Positions 9,429-19,400 of a stretch of 64,000 nucleotides of DNA are shown piece after piece. How positions within the stretch are numbered: position 1 is the stretch's first letter; every line of letters begins with the position of its first letter. Below the pieces are notes generated by a model. That model worked only from the letters and a program-made list of their open reading frames with translations. It ran no database searches and was not told the DNA's origin. The stretch covers positions 160,854 to 224,853 of the IMG/VR virus record IMGVR_UViG_3300020473_000013. One strand, 5' to 3'. A program made the position numbers and the translations under genes.

Positions 9429-10088
9429 ATGTCCGCCAATCCACTAAAAGCCCCGAAGTTGAAGTTCCGCTTCGAAGGCAAACGACAGAAGGTAATGCGA
9501 TCCCGGGGTGTTGATGGTGTTTTGTTCGCAGGCCAGAGGAATGCTTTTGAGTTCGACATAGCTGCGGTCCGAATGAAACCTGATATTCCCGGGATCATTA
9601 CCAAAGGTATCTCGGTAAAGCGTCAGGTCAAGACGCTGACCAAATTGTTTTCCAATCCGCTGCGCGGGCACCCTGTCATAGGCATAGGTAGCTTTCCGTC
9701 TGACCTGCGGGCCAAGATGCTAGCCGCTAATCTTATGGATCGCGCAATCATGGCTCAAGACTTGGCTAAGCGCGGTCGACTAGCCATTCGCGATTATCCT
9801 CTGTGGCACAAAGTCTACGGCGGGCTCGGTGACCCTCTGCGTGATAAAGGACTGCCTGATAATCCAAGCATGTTGATCATATCTAACGTGGATGCCGACA
9901 GCACCTCGTTCAAGATAGAGAAGGTGCGAGATATTCTGGAACAGAACACCCACATTCCGCGCGTCGTCGTGGTAAGCGGTTGCGACCCTATGTGGTTCTT
10001 TGCAACCAAGCTTCACATGCCTATGGATTATGGCTACTATATAGGTGCGGATAACCGCGAAGGGAAAGGGAGCATACTGGACCTATGA
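9429..10088 (+). CDS. Hypothetical protein, possibly a degenerate DnaC/IstB-like P-loop fold
   Basis: GAGG RBS; MLIISNVD...KVRDILE resembles the Walker-B region of loaders, but there is no intact Walker A. Confidence 0.6.
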   Translation: MSANPLKAPKLKFRFEGKRQKVMRSRGVDGVLFAGQRNAFEFDIAAVRMKPDIPGIITKGISVKRQVKTLTKLFSNPLRGHPVIGIGSFPSDLRAKMLAANLMDRAIMAQDLAKRGRLAIRDYPLWHKVYGGLGDPLRDKGLPDNPSMLIISNVDADSTSFKIEKVRDILEQNTHIPRVVVVSGCDPMWFFATKLHMPMDYGYYIGADNREGKGSILDL

Positions 10089-10393
10089 CCATTACAAGAC
10101 TTCCCATGCCTCCTCGTATGAAGAAGCACTGGCAGGAAAAGCAACGCTCCGCGATCGAGGCCAGAATACTTCCTCGGTTACTCAAGCCTGAGACTCGCGA
10201 GCTTTGCCACTTCCAGCTCAACGGAGGTTTCAGTCTCACCATCTATCCTGTGGAGGGACAGGACAGATTTGCCTTGCGTCGAGTGTTGGCTGAGTTGGAG
10301 AGCGCGGGTGTTGTGGCTAACTCCATCTTGTTTCATAACGAACTCCAGACACAGCTTCAATTTGGATGGCGCGACGCGCTGCACCAAGAATAA
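10085..10393 (+). CDS. Hypothetical protein
   Basis: ATGA overlap with the upstream stop. Confidence 0.65.
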   Translation: MTITRLPMPPRMKKHWQEKQRSAIEARILPRLLKPETRELCHFQLNGGFSLTIYPVEGQDRFALRRVLAELESAGVVANSILFHNELQTQLQFGWRDALHQE

Positions 10394-10403
10394 GGAACCA
10401 CCC

Positions 10404-10922
10404 ATGAAATTCATATCTAGCCTGTTGGACGCGCTACTCGGTAAACCCTTCTCCGTACGGGATGAGCCGGACCTGAGCCCTATTAAGGATGCTTCCAAGC
10501 TGCTTCGCGCTGTCGATCCGTATATTGAAGGTATGCGCGAAGAGGTTGAGGTGTGCGGTTCATCCGGCTGGATTTCCATCGAGTCAGAAGGTCTAATCGA
10601 GTCCAGACTCGTTAAGTACGGTCCATCCGCAGCTATGATGACAGGTACCGCTCTTGAATGTCGCACTCGACGCGGTACGCGCTTCGACCGTCTCTGCGTT
10701 TCATGGTTTGACCTCATACACCACTACGGTCGCAGCCTTGTAACGGACGACGGTCCAAATCCTGCCGACTTGAAAGGTTCGACGGCTACCCTTCTGGGTG
10801 TGTTTCCGCAGGTCGAGACACATGAAGTTATATCGTACCGAGAGACGCAGGTCGGCCAGTTAGTTTCTAAGCCGACAGGATTCATCAAGTGGTTGTTCGT
10901 CTATGACTGCTCTATAACATGA
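10404..10922 (+). CDS. Hypothetical protein
   Basis: AAGGA RBS then ATG 10404 (MKFISS...). Confidence 0.65.
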   Translation: MKFISSLLDALLGKPFSVRDEPDLSPIKDASKLLRAVDPYIEGMREEVEVCGSSGWISIESEGLIESRLVKYGPSAAMMTGTALECRTRRGTRFDRLCVSWFDLIHHYGRSLVTDDGPNPADLKGSTATLLGVFPQVETHEVISYRETQVGQLVSKPTGFIKWLFVYDCSIT

Positions 10923-11269
10923 GGCTTGGAGTAGTTGGCAGCCGGGATTTCGGGGATGACGAGCTTGTTTGGAGCACGCTCGACTGGGTTCATGCTACAT
11001 ACGGTATCACCGAAATAATCTCCGGAGGTGCCCGCGGTCCAGATCGCGAGTCCGTGCGCTGGGCTAAAGCCAACAACATTCCTGTGACCGAGCACCTTGC
11101 GGACTGGGAAAAGCATGGACGGGCGGCTGGATACATTCGTAACCATGACATCGTGACGGATAGCGAGCGGATACTAGCCTTCTGGGATGGGGTTTCCAAA
11201 GGTACGTACCATTCAATCACTCTGGCTCGCCGACACAAAATACCCCGTAAGATTATCTACCCTTTATAA
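10919..11269 (+). CDS. SLOG-superfamily protein (YspA/DUF2493-like)
   Basis: VVGSRDF, IISGGARGPD, ADWEKHGRAAGYIRN, AFWDGVSKGT. Confidence 0.85.
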   Translation: MRLGVVGSRDFGDDELVWSTLDWVHATYGITEIISGGARGPDRESVRWAKANNIPVTEHLADWEKHGRAAGYIRNHDIVTDSERILAFWDGVSKGTYHSITLARRHKIPRKIIYPL

Positions 11270-11279
11270 GGATACCTAT

Positions 11280-12158
11280 ATGGTACCCCAACATGCTCAA
11301 CTACCCGTGCCGACTTTCCTTCCTGTGCTCTACGCGGGCGATCCGGACTACGAGAAGACCCTCGACGACCGTATCGCCGAGACGTCCGCTAAGATGGAAA
11401 GTCTGCGTGCGAAGCGTAAAAGCATCGAGAACGAAATGGAGCGCGTGTCTATGTTGTACCGCGCTCAGTTTCCTAATGTCGCCCAAGGCATCATTGCTGC
11501 CGACGAGGAGATCGCAGAGGCTCAGACCGAACTCATGCTCCTTCTCGGCAATCCTGAAGGCGATGAGAGCGCTCCCGAAGGCGAAGAAGATGAACAACCG
11601 GAAGACGTATCGCACGACGAGAAGAAAGCGCGCAAGGCACGAAAGCGTAACTCCAAGGACATCTACGGCAAAATTTGTAACCTGTGCCACCCCGACAAGA
11701 ACAAGGGTCTGGAACAGGACCGTCTGGATGAGCTTACCGAGCTGTTTATCGAAGCGACCGATGCTTACAAGGCTCGCAACCTCGAACGCCTGATTGAGAT
11801 TTACGCTACCGTCATGGCGCTCCGCTCTGGCAAGTCCGACCATGAGATTGCCGAGGAGAAGCGCAAGCGCCTGGAGTACCTTCTGGACACGGTGGAAGGT
11901 CAGCAGCGGCAGATCGATCAACTGCGTGAGCACGTCGTCTACCACGTCATGGAGCTTCACAACTCTGGCAACCGTGGTCGCGCCAAGTCTATTTACGGTC
12001 AGGTGTTCCGGCACATGCTGCAGGAGCGTCACAGTATGCTCAACGGCATCCGCTCGGAAATCGCCAAGATCAAGCGTATGCGCAATGGTGACCCGGAGCC
12101 GCCTCCCGGCCCTGACGGCTATGAGTTCACAGTCTCATTCAACTACGGAGATACCTGA
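11280..12158 (+). CDS. J-domain (DnaJ-like) co-chaperone with coiled coils
   Basis: IYGKICNLCHPDKN (HPD motif) followed by LFIEATDAY; AAGGA RBS before ATG 11280. Confidence 0.75.
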   Translation: MVPQHAQLPVPTFLPVLYAGDPDYEKTLDDRIAETSAKMESLRAKRKSIENEMERVSMLYRAQFPNVAQGIIAADEEIAEAQTELMLLLGNPEGDESAPEGEEDEQPEDVSHDEKKARKARKRNSKDIYGKICNLCHPDKNKGLEQDRLDELTELFIEATDAYKARNLERLIEIYATVMALRSGKSDHEIAEEKRKRLEYLLDTVEGQQRQIDQLREHVVYHVMELHNSGNRGRAKSIYGQVFRHMLQERHSMLNGIRSEIAKIKRMRNGDPEPPPGPDGYEFTVSFNYGDT

Positions 12159-12841
12159 TGGAAATGGTTAAGCACGACCGCCTTGTTCTGTGTTCTGATA
12201 CGCTGTCCATCTCGCAGTACAAACGCATTCTGGATGTCATTCAGGACCAACACCCGTTCGCCGACATCCATGGCGCCAACGTCAAGTACATCGACTCCGA
12301 GGTGACGATTACCACCGTCAAGGACACGCGAGATTCCTCCGCCTTCACCGTAAAGATCGGGATGCGCGCTCTCGGTGACTCCGTCGTGTTCTCTCAAGGC
12401 TCTCAGGAGCTCTTGGATATGATGGAGGAGAATCCCGGCGAGGACCCGTATCATCAGCGCGAGTACAGCGGCAAGTCGATGTTCGAGACGATCACCGAGT
12501 ACCTGGAGCGCAACGGTAGCAATCGCAAGGCTTTCTCTGCCTCGTCTATCGGTCGCCTGAAAGGAGCCAAGTGCATCTTCGGTGCTTATAGCGGTAAGTA
12601 TCACATGCACGACATCTTCCCAGGGTTCGCGGCCTTCTTGTCTGTTCGCCACGCGAAGTCAACCCATCTGTTCGAGCTGTATCGGGATGATGAGCTTACA
12701 GGGTATCTGGCGTTCGACAACGATACGCGGGATGCCTTGATCTTCAACACCGACCAGCAACTGATATTCGCTGGTCGTCTGGAATGTCTCGATGACATGC
12801 TCACCGCGCTGCGCCTCGTAGGCGTTCGCACCTCGTATTAA
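12158..12841 (+). CDS. Hypothetical protein
   Basis: TGATG translational coupling; GGAG RBS. Confidence 0.7.
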   Translation: MEMVKHDRLVLCSDTLSISQYKRILDVIQDQHPFADIHGANVKYIDSEVTITTVKDTRDSSAFTVKIGMRALGDSVVFSQGSQELLDMMEENPGEDPYHQREYSGKSMFETITEYLERNGSNRKAFSASSIGRLKGAKCIFGAYSGKYHMHDIFPGFAAFLSVRHAKSTHLFELYRDDELTGYLAFDNDTRDALIFNTDQQLIFAGRLECLDDMLTALRLVGVRTSY

Positions 12842-12850
12842 GGACTCCTC

Positions 12851-13432
12851 ATGAGCCGTACCGTAGCAACCATTGATCTGGAGAGTATGTCTCTCCGTAC
12901 CGATGCTGTGATCGTATCCGTCGGTGTTGTGTTCTTCGATCTGGAGGAAGTGGACACGTTCGAGGACCTCCTTAAGCGAGGTACAATCTTGTACGTCAGT
13001 GCTGAGGAGCAAGCCAAGAATGGAGGGCGGCGAGCTGACTCTGACACGCTGGATTGGTGGCGCAAGCGTCCGGAAGACGTGCAGGACCAGTTGAGCCATA
13101 AGGGCGTGTCGCCTGCAATGTTGGCTGACCTGATGACTCAGATGATGTGGGCCAACAATACGAAGCGCAACAACACCCGCTGGTACGCCCGCGGCCCTCA
13201 GTTTGACATTGCCAAGCTGGAAGACCTGTTCTGGCAGTTCGAGGTTACCAGCCCTTGGCATTACCGCAAGCCTCGGTGCTCCCGCACATTCTTAGAGGAG
13301 CACGGCGTCGAGGATGATGGCAAGATCGCGTTTCCTGCAGGAATGATTCCGCATAACGCTCTCCATGACGCTGCGTTCGAGGCTTTCATGATGCAACGCG
13401 CCTACAACGGCGTCCCGATGATCGTTAACTAG
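12851..13432 (+). CDS. DEDDh 3'-5' exonuclease (ExoVIII/RNase AS-like)
   Basis: IDLESMS, DTLDWW, GPQFD, HNALHDA. Confidence 0.85.
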   Translation: MSRTVATIDLESMSLRTDAVIVSVGVVFFDLEEVDTFEDLLKRGTILYVSAEEQAKNGGRRADSDTLDWWRKRPEDVQDQLSHKGVSPAMLADLMTQMMWANNTKRNNTRWYARGPQFDIAKLEDLFWQFEVTSPWHYRKPRCSRTFLEEHGVEDDGKIAFPAGMIPHNALHDAAFEAFMMQRAYNGVPMIVN

Positions 13433-13441
13433 GAGTCTACC

Positions 13442-13798
13442 ATGCCCAACACTACCGCGCCCGGCACTTCTCGCTCTGTTGGTGTTCTGTCCGAGGGAGT
13501 TCGAGGCGGAGCCGCTCCGGTCGATGATAACGACCCTCGCAATGTCGTCAATGCGTCCTCCTATCAGGAGTTAGAAGCCCTTCTCGTGGACATCGCTGAA
13601 CTCGAAGATCAGCTCGGCCATCTGGAGACAAAACTGGGCCCGATCCTCAATCCTGCTCTGACGGGTGTTGGTGAAGGTACGAACTCCGATAAGCGCGAGG
13701 AGACTAGCGTGATGCGTGAGCGTATTCGCGGCGGTCGGGCACACGTGGAGCGCCTGTCCGGCATCCTGGGCGACATCCGCCGCCGTATCGACCTGTAA
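13442..13798 (+). CDS. Hypothetical coiled-coil protein
   Basis: AGGAG RBS; heptad pattern. Confidence 0.7.
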   Translation: MPNTTAPGTSRSVGVLSEGVRGGAAPVDDNDPRNVVNASSYQELEALLVDIAELEDQLGHLETKLGPILNPALTGVGEGTNSDKREETSVMRERIRGGRAHVERLSGILGDIRRRIDL

Positions 13799-13837
13799 CA
13801 CTCTGTCCTTTTGTTCCCGAAATTCCCTGCGTGATTT

Positions 13838-13869
13838 GGCACCTTCAGGCAACTGTCGGTGCCTTTTTT
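13838..13869 (+). terminator. Intrinsic terminator ending the replication block
   Basis: GGCACC...GGTGCC followed by TTTTTT. Confidence 0.75.
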
Positions 13870-13904
13870 GTGTCTACGGTCCTCAGTCCAACCTACTCAC
13901 AATA

Positions 13905-13910
13905 TAATTT
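13905..13910 (+). promoter_or_regulatory. TAATTT late-promoter-like motif (representative copy)
   Basis: Copies at 13905, 28535, 31840, 31905, 39926 (upstream of sheath, head and scaffold genes) and 57419. Confidence 0.5.
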
Positions 13911-13988
13911 AGAGCGTGGTGTCTGAGACGAAACTGGCCGAGTTTCGATAACGACCATCTATAAGAAACGCTAGAAGGAGTTTCGAGA

Positions 13989-15620
13989 ATGAATACAGTG
14001 TACCCCAGCGCGGGCGTGTACCCCAATGAGACGGACCTGTCTCAGCGCGTCGCCGCGGTGTCCACCAGCATCGGAGCTATCATCGGTGCTGCACGGAAAG
14101 GCCCTGTTGGCAAGCGCGTCCTGATTACTGACACCGCTGAGCTTTCCCAGACGTTCGGTGATCCCAGCGCCCGTTGGTATCAATACATGATGTACTGTGC
14201 CGACGCATTCATCCGCAAGAGCAACCAGCTCTATGTCACCCGTGTGGTAAACGGCGCGCTTACCGCCGGTGCCTACCTGACTGTGGACGACCCGCAGGCT
14301 TCGACCCCGATCATGTCACTGACCAATTTCGATGACGGATCGAACAACCCGCAAGGCGTGGACGACCCGATGAACAATCTGGCGTTCTCTGCCGAGCAGG
14401 CGGATTTGGAGAGCACCATGCTTTTCATCTGCGCTGATAACCCCGGCGAGTGGAACAACAAGATTTCTGTTCGTATCGTGCCTTCCAACCCCAAGGGCCT
14501 GCCTGTCGGCGAAGGGCACGATCCTCACCATTTCTACATCGAGGTGTACTACGACTACACAGGTCCTAACAACCTGCCGGTCGAGAAGTTCCTCGTCAGC
14601 CGCCGTCAGGGTGAAGTGGACGGTGCCGGCCGTGCCTTGTTCGTCGAGGACGTGGTGAACAGCGGAAGTCGCTACATCAAGGTGCGCAACAACGCGCAGT
14701 GTCCCGAGTACGGCGTCTACAACACCGTGTTCGAGTTCCTGGCAGGAGGTACCGACGGCGACCCTGTTACCCACGATCAGGTGGCCGAAGCATGGTCCCT
14801 GTATGAGGACCCGGAAGAGATCGACGTTAACATCCTGATCAACGGAGGCTACGCTTCTCCGACGGTGCACCGCACCATGATCGCTCTAGCTGAAGGGCGT
14901 GGTGATGCGACTGCTGTTCTGGATATGCCCGACGAGTATTACGAGGTGGCGGATGCTGTGAACTACCGCCGTAACGACCTCAACGTCAATTCCAGCTACG
15001 GTGCTATCTACGGTCCTTGGGTGCAGATTCGGGATACGGCGAACAACAAGAAGATTTTTGTTCCGCCTTCTGGTCTGGTTGCCGGAGCCTATGCTGCTAC
15101 CGACAGCAACCGTGCTCTCTGGTTCGCGCCTGCTGGTCTGAGTCGTGGCGGCCTGTCCGTGCTGGGCATCCGCAAGAAGTACAATCAGGGTTCACGCGAT
15201 GCTCTGGACCGTGCGCAGATCAACCCGATCCGTTTCATGCCTGGTCGTGGCTATGTTGTCTGGGGACAGGAAACTCTCCAGTCTCACGCCAGCGCTCTGT
15301 CGAACGTCAACGTGCGCCGCCTCATCAACTACATCAAGAAGTCCGTCAGTACCGCGGCGAACGTTGGTGTGTTCGATCCGAACGATACATTCCTGCGTAC
15401 CCGACTCAGCGGTATCGCTGAGAGCTTCCTGAAGCCTATTCGCAACGGTCGCGGCCTTTACTCGTTCGAGGTCATCTGCGACGAGAGGAACAATAAGGCT
15501 GACAACATCGCTAACGGCGACATCATTCTGGACATCTATGCTGATCCTGTGATTCCTGCCAAGCAGATTCACCTGACCGCTCACGTCCAGCCCACAGGTT
15601 CTACTTTCGAGGGCGGATAA
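13989..15620 (+). CDS. Contractile tail sheath protein, copy 1
   Basis: SAGVYPNETDLS, VPPSGLVAG, WFAPAGLSRG, QINPI, VWGQETL, VNVRRL, FEVICDERNN. Confidence 0.93.
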   Translation: MNTVYPSAGVYPNETDLSQRVAAVSTSIGAIIGAARKGPVGKRVLITDTAELSQTFGDPSARWYQYMMYCADAFIRKSNQLYVTRVVNGALTAGAYLTVDDPQASTPIMSLTNFDDGSNNPQGVDDPMNNLAFSAEQADLESTMLFICADNPGEWNNKISVRIVPSNPKGLPVGEGHDPHHFYIEVYYDYTGPNNLPVEKFLVSRRQGEVDGAGRALFVEDVVNSGSRYIKVRNNAQCPEYGVYNTVFEFLAGGTDGDPVTHDQVAEAWSLYEDPEEIDVNILINGGYASPTVHRTMIALAEGRGDATAVLDMPDEYYEVADAVNYRRNDLNVNSSYGAIYGPWVQIRDTANNKKIFVPPSGLVAGAYAATDSNRALWFAPAGLSRGGLSVLGIRKKYNQGSRDALDRAQINPIRFMPGRGYVVWGQETLQSHASALSNVNVRRLINYIKKSVSTAANVGVFDPNDTFLRTRLSGIAESFLKPIRNGRGLYSFEVICDERNNKADNIANGDIILDIYADPVIPAKQIHLTAHVQPTGSTFEGG

Positions 15621-15649
15621 TCGTCCTCCCTCTATCTGAGGAAAGCAAC

Positions 15650-15763
15650 GTGACCGATATCCAACGACTGACACGGGCGGCAACCATCGCCCGTTCGGTA
15701 TCCACTCTCCTCGACCAGTGCTATCAAGCGCACGTCGTGGCAGCAAATCAAACGCGAGGCTAA
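15650..15763 (+). CDS. Possible 37-aa small protein (VTDIQRLTRAATIARSVSTLLDQCYQAHVVAANQTRG)
   Basis: GAGG RBS then GTG 15650; TAA ends 2 nt before the next ATG; fills the gap. Confidence 0.45.
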   Translation: MTDIQRLTRAATIARSVSTLLDQCYQAHVVAANQTRG

Positions 15764-15765
15764 TC

Positions 15766-16404
15766 ATGGAACTTCGACTGCAAAATCTCATCGAGGACTT
15801 CGAGCGCGTATCCAACGTCCGGAACCTCGACGAGAACAACCCGATCGTGATGCGGCTCAGTCACCCGACCAACGCCTCGGTGCATGTCATCGTGTGCGCG
15901 CTGACCGAGCCCGAAACTCTGGTGCTCCCGCTGAACGTCACGTGGTTCGTGTACGATCCGCTGCACAAGTTCTACCGCCAGGCTCTCCGCCGTAAGAGCA
16001 AGGACTCCGATCCTACAGGTGAGTTCTCCCATACGTGGGAGCGCGTCGAAACCTACGATGAAGTGTTCGTCGATCAGTATTATGACGCTGACGATACGGA
16101 CAAGCTCAGCGATAACTCAGGTCCTGACGTTGCTCAGCCTTCCGTGCTTGGCATCGCGCGTCTGTCCGTTGAAGCCGAGGTAGCGTCCAATCCTGTCGTC
16201 GTTGCCGAAGGTGACCCTCGCCTGAGCGATGCACGCGAACCTCTGGCCCACACGCACCCGGAACGTCCCGCTCGACAGCTTCGCACTTCCGAAGGTGTTG
16301 TCACCATCGAAGGTTCCGCCGAGCCTGTGACTGGTGCCGTCCTCGTAGCAACGGGACCCAACACCGCTGAGTGGCGCAAGCTCCGCACTTCCGACATCCG
16401 CTGA
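15766..16404 (+). CDS. Virion fibre-attachment-like protein, paralog of the N-terminus of the next gene
   Basis: Shares LPLNVTW..DP...YR.ALRR and PVVV...D.R.S..R.PL.H.HP with 16419..20915. Confidence 0.75.
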   Translation: MELRLQNLIEDFERVSNVRNLDENNPIVMRLSHPTNASVHVIVCALTEPETLVLPLNVTWFVYDPLHKFYRQALRRKSKDSDPTGEFSHTWERVETYDEVFVDQYYDADDTDKLSDNSGPDVAQPSVLGIARLSVEAEVASNPVVVAEGDPRLSDAREPLAHTHPERPARQLRTSEGVVTIEGSAEPVTGAVLVATGPNTAEWRKLRTSDIR

Positions 16405-16418
16405 TAAGGGAGCATCCC

Positions 16419-19400
16419 ATGAATCGACTGGAACAATTCGTCGATCGGTTGATGGCGGTTGCCGATAAGCGTAACCTCGCTTACGAAAACCCCGTCACCA
16501 TTATGATCGACGTAGGCCAGGAGCAGTTTTACGTGGTGGTCAGCCATGCTGAACCTAACCACGTGACTCTGCCTCTAAACGTCACATGGATCGTAGCCGA
16601 TCCCGAAAGCCCGAACTACCGCAAGGCCCTGCGCCGTGCTTCCGCTCTACCGTTCGATGGACTGCGTAACACCTGGGCGGAGCTTCGTACCTACGAAGAC
16701 TTCACCGAGGAACTCCAGTTCTGGGACCTGAGCGCCACCTTCCAGTTCGGTGAGATTCAGGTTCCCGGCGTCAAGGAGGCCACTCCTACCCGTCGCGGTC
16801 TGTTCTCTCTGAATCGCGAAGCTGGTGACCCTGACGATCCTGTCGTGGTAGGTGACAACGACGAGCGCATGTCCAATCCGCGCCAGCCGCTCCCTCACCA
16901 ACATCCCCTGCTTCCGAGCACCATGCTGGCAGGCAGCACAGGCATCAACGAGTTCTACGTCATCATCAGCGAAGGAGGTAGTCCCGCCGAAGGTCAGATT
17001 CTCTGTTTGACCGAGCCTGGGGATGAAGAAGGTGAATGGAACGGTATCTGGCGCTACCCGACTGCGGCTGACATCGTGTATGACGGTCCGACGGTTCAAG
17101 AAATCGTTATCAACGGCCCCGCCGACGATCAAGTCGAAGAGGGTACTCCTGTTCCGTTCACGGCTACCGCCGTGTTTACCGACGGTTCAACCATCGAGTC
17201 TATCGCTGCGGAGTGGGAGATCATCGCCAATACTGGTGCAGGTACGATCAGCACCAGCACAGGTGTCTTCACCTCAGCGGACGTGTCAGGTGATCAGGTC
17301 GTCCGTATCCGAGCCTCCTGGGTTCACGAGGAGAGCGGCGAGCAGCATCAGGGTACCTACGACCTTACCGTGATCGACACCACGGTCGTGGCCGTGCTGG
17401 AGCGTATTGAACTCTCGGGTGTTGATTCCATCGACGAAGGTGGCAACACTTCCCAGTTCACCGTCACCGCGTTCTACGATGACGGCTCCAGCCGCGGTGT
17501 TACGCCCACCACCTTCACTTCGAGCAACCTGTCCGCTGGTTCCTTGAACAGCAGTACCGGTATGTTCACGAGTGCGGTGGATGTGGTGAACAACCAGACC
17601 ACAACCCTGAACGCGACCTACACCGAGAACGGCGTAACCGTGTCCGATGCTCTCGACCTCACCGTAGTGGACACCACGGTGTACCCGGAGAGCGCGGTCA
17701 TTCAGGGCCCGGTCGTTGTCGCCGAGAACACCGAGGAAACATACGTCCTCGTCGTCACGTTTACCGACCAGACCTCCAGCCAGGTCGCGGTGTCCGACTG
17801 GGCTATCGACAATGCTAGCGCAGGTGTTATCGGGTCTTCCGACGGCGTACTTCAGGCCCCGACCAACCTCGACGCGGACGAGATCGCTACGATCAGCGCT
17901 AGCTTCACGTCCAATGGGCGTACCGTGAACGCCAGTTACGAAATCACCGTGACTGACGAGACCGTGTACCCTGTCAATGCTACCGTCGTTGGTCCGAACC
18001 AGATCGACGAAGGTGAAGTGGTTACCTACCAACTCGAAGTCGAGTTCAGCGACGGTACCACCAGCTTCGTCTCCGTGTCCGACTGGTCTCATGATACTGC
18101 GTCCGCAGGTAGCATCGGTCCTTCCAGTGGTGAGTTCACCGCCTCGGAGGTTACCGCGAACACCGACACTGTCATCAGTGCTAGCTACACTCAGTCTGGT
18201 GACACCGTGTCGGACACTCTGACGCTGACCGTGCTCGATACCACGAACTACCCGGTGTCTGCTCGCATTGTCGGCAACGCTACCATGGGCGAAGGCTCCA
18301 CTCAGGACCTGGACCTCGAGGTCACCTACCAGGACAACACAACAGCTATGGTTGTCGCCGATTCCTGGGTGAGCTCCGACGACACGCTACTCCCTGTATC
18401 AGCCATCGGTGAGGTCGTGGCTAAGGATGGTCTTCGCACTGACAGCTTTGCTACCATCACCGCCAACTACTCCGAGAACGGCGTCGACCTCGCACCGACT
18501 CTCACGATCACTGTGACTGACGATACCCTGTACCCGACAGGTGCTCAGATTCTCGGTCCTATCGTGGTCAACGAAGGTACCACTGTCGGTTACTCTCTCG
18601 AAGTCACCTACGAGGGTGGTGGGAAGCAGGTGGAGCCGGTCAATACCTTCGCAATCGACAACGCCTCAGCCGGCACCATTACTAACGATGGTCGTCTGTC
18701 TGCGCCTGCCGATGTGACCTCCGATGTTGCGACGCAAGTTAGCGCCAGCTTCACTCTCGACGGCACCACCGTCAGCGCTACTCTCGACATCACCGTGACG
18801 GACGACACCGTCTATCCTGCCAGCGCTCAGATTCTGGGTCCTGTTAGCATCGACGAGGAGACCGTTCACACCTACGAGCTGGAGGTTACCTACACAGATG
18901 CTACGAAGGGTGTCGTGACCGTAAGCGACTGGGACAGCAGCAACACCGCTGCCGCCACCATCGATACGTCCACGGGTCAGCTCACCGCGCTCAGCCTTGC
19001 GGAAGACGCGATGACCACCATCAGCGCCAGCTTCACTGAGAACGGCACGACCGTTGGAGACACCATGGACATCACTGTCCGTGACGTTACCAACTACCCC
19101 GTCAGCGCCCAGATTCTCGGCGTTGCATCCGTTCCAGAGAACGGTACCGCCACCTATGAACTGGAAGTTACGTTCAAGGACAGCACCGTTCAGAAGATGC
19201 CTGTTACCAACTGGGCTTCTTCCAACACCAACGCTGGTGTCATCAACGCAACCACGGGCGCGTTCCAAGCGCGTGCTAACGTGACCGCTGACGTGAACAC
19301 CACCATCAGCGCCAGCTACACTGCCTTTGGGCAGACTGTTAGCGACACGCATCTGGTGACCGTGACCGACGAAACTGCGTACCCAGTGTCCGCAACCCTC

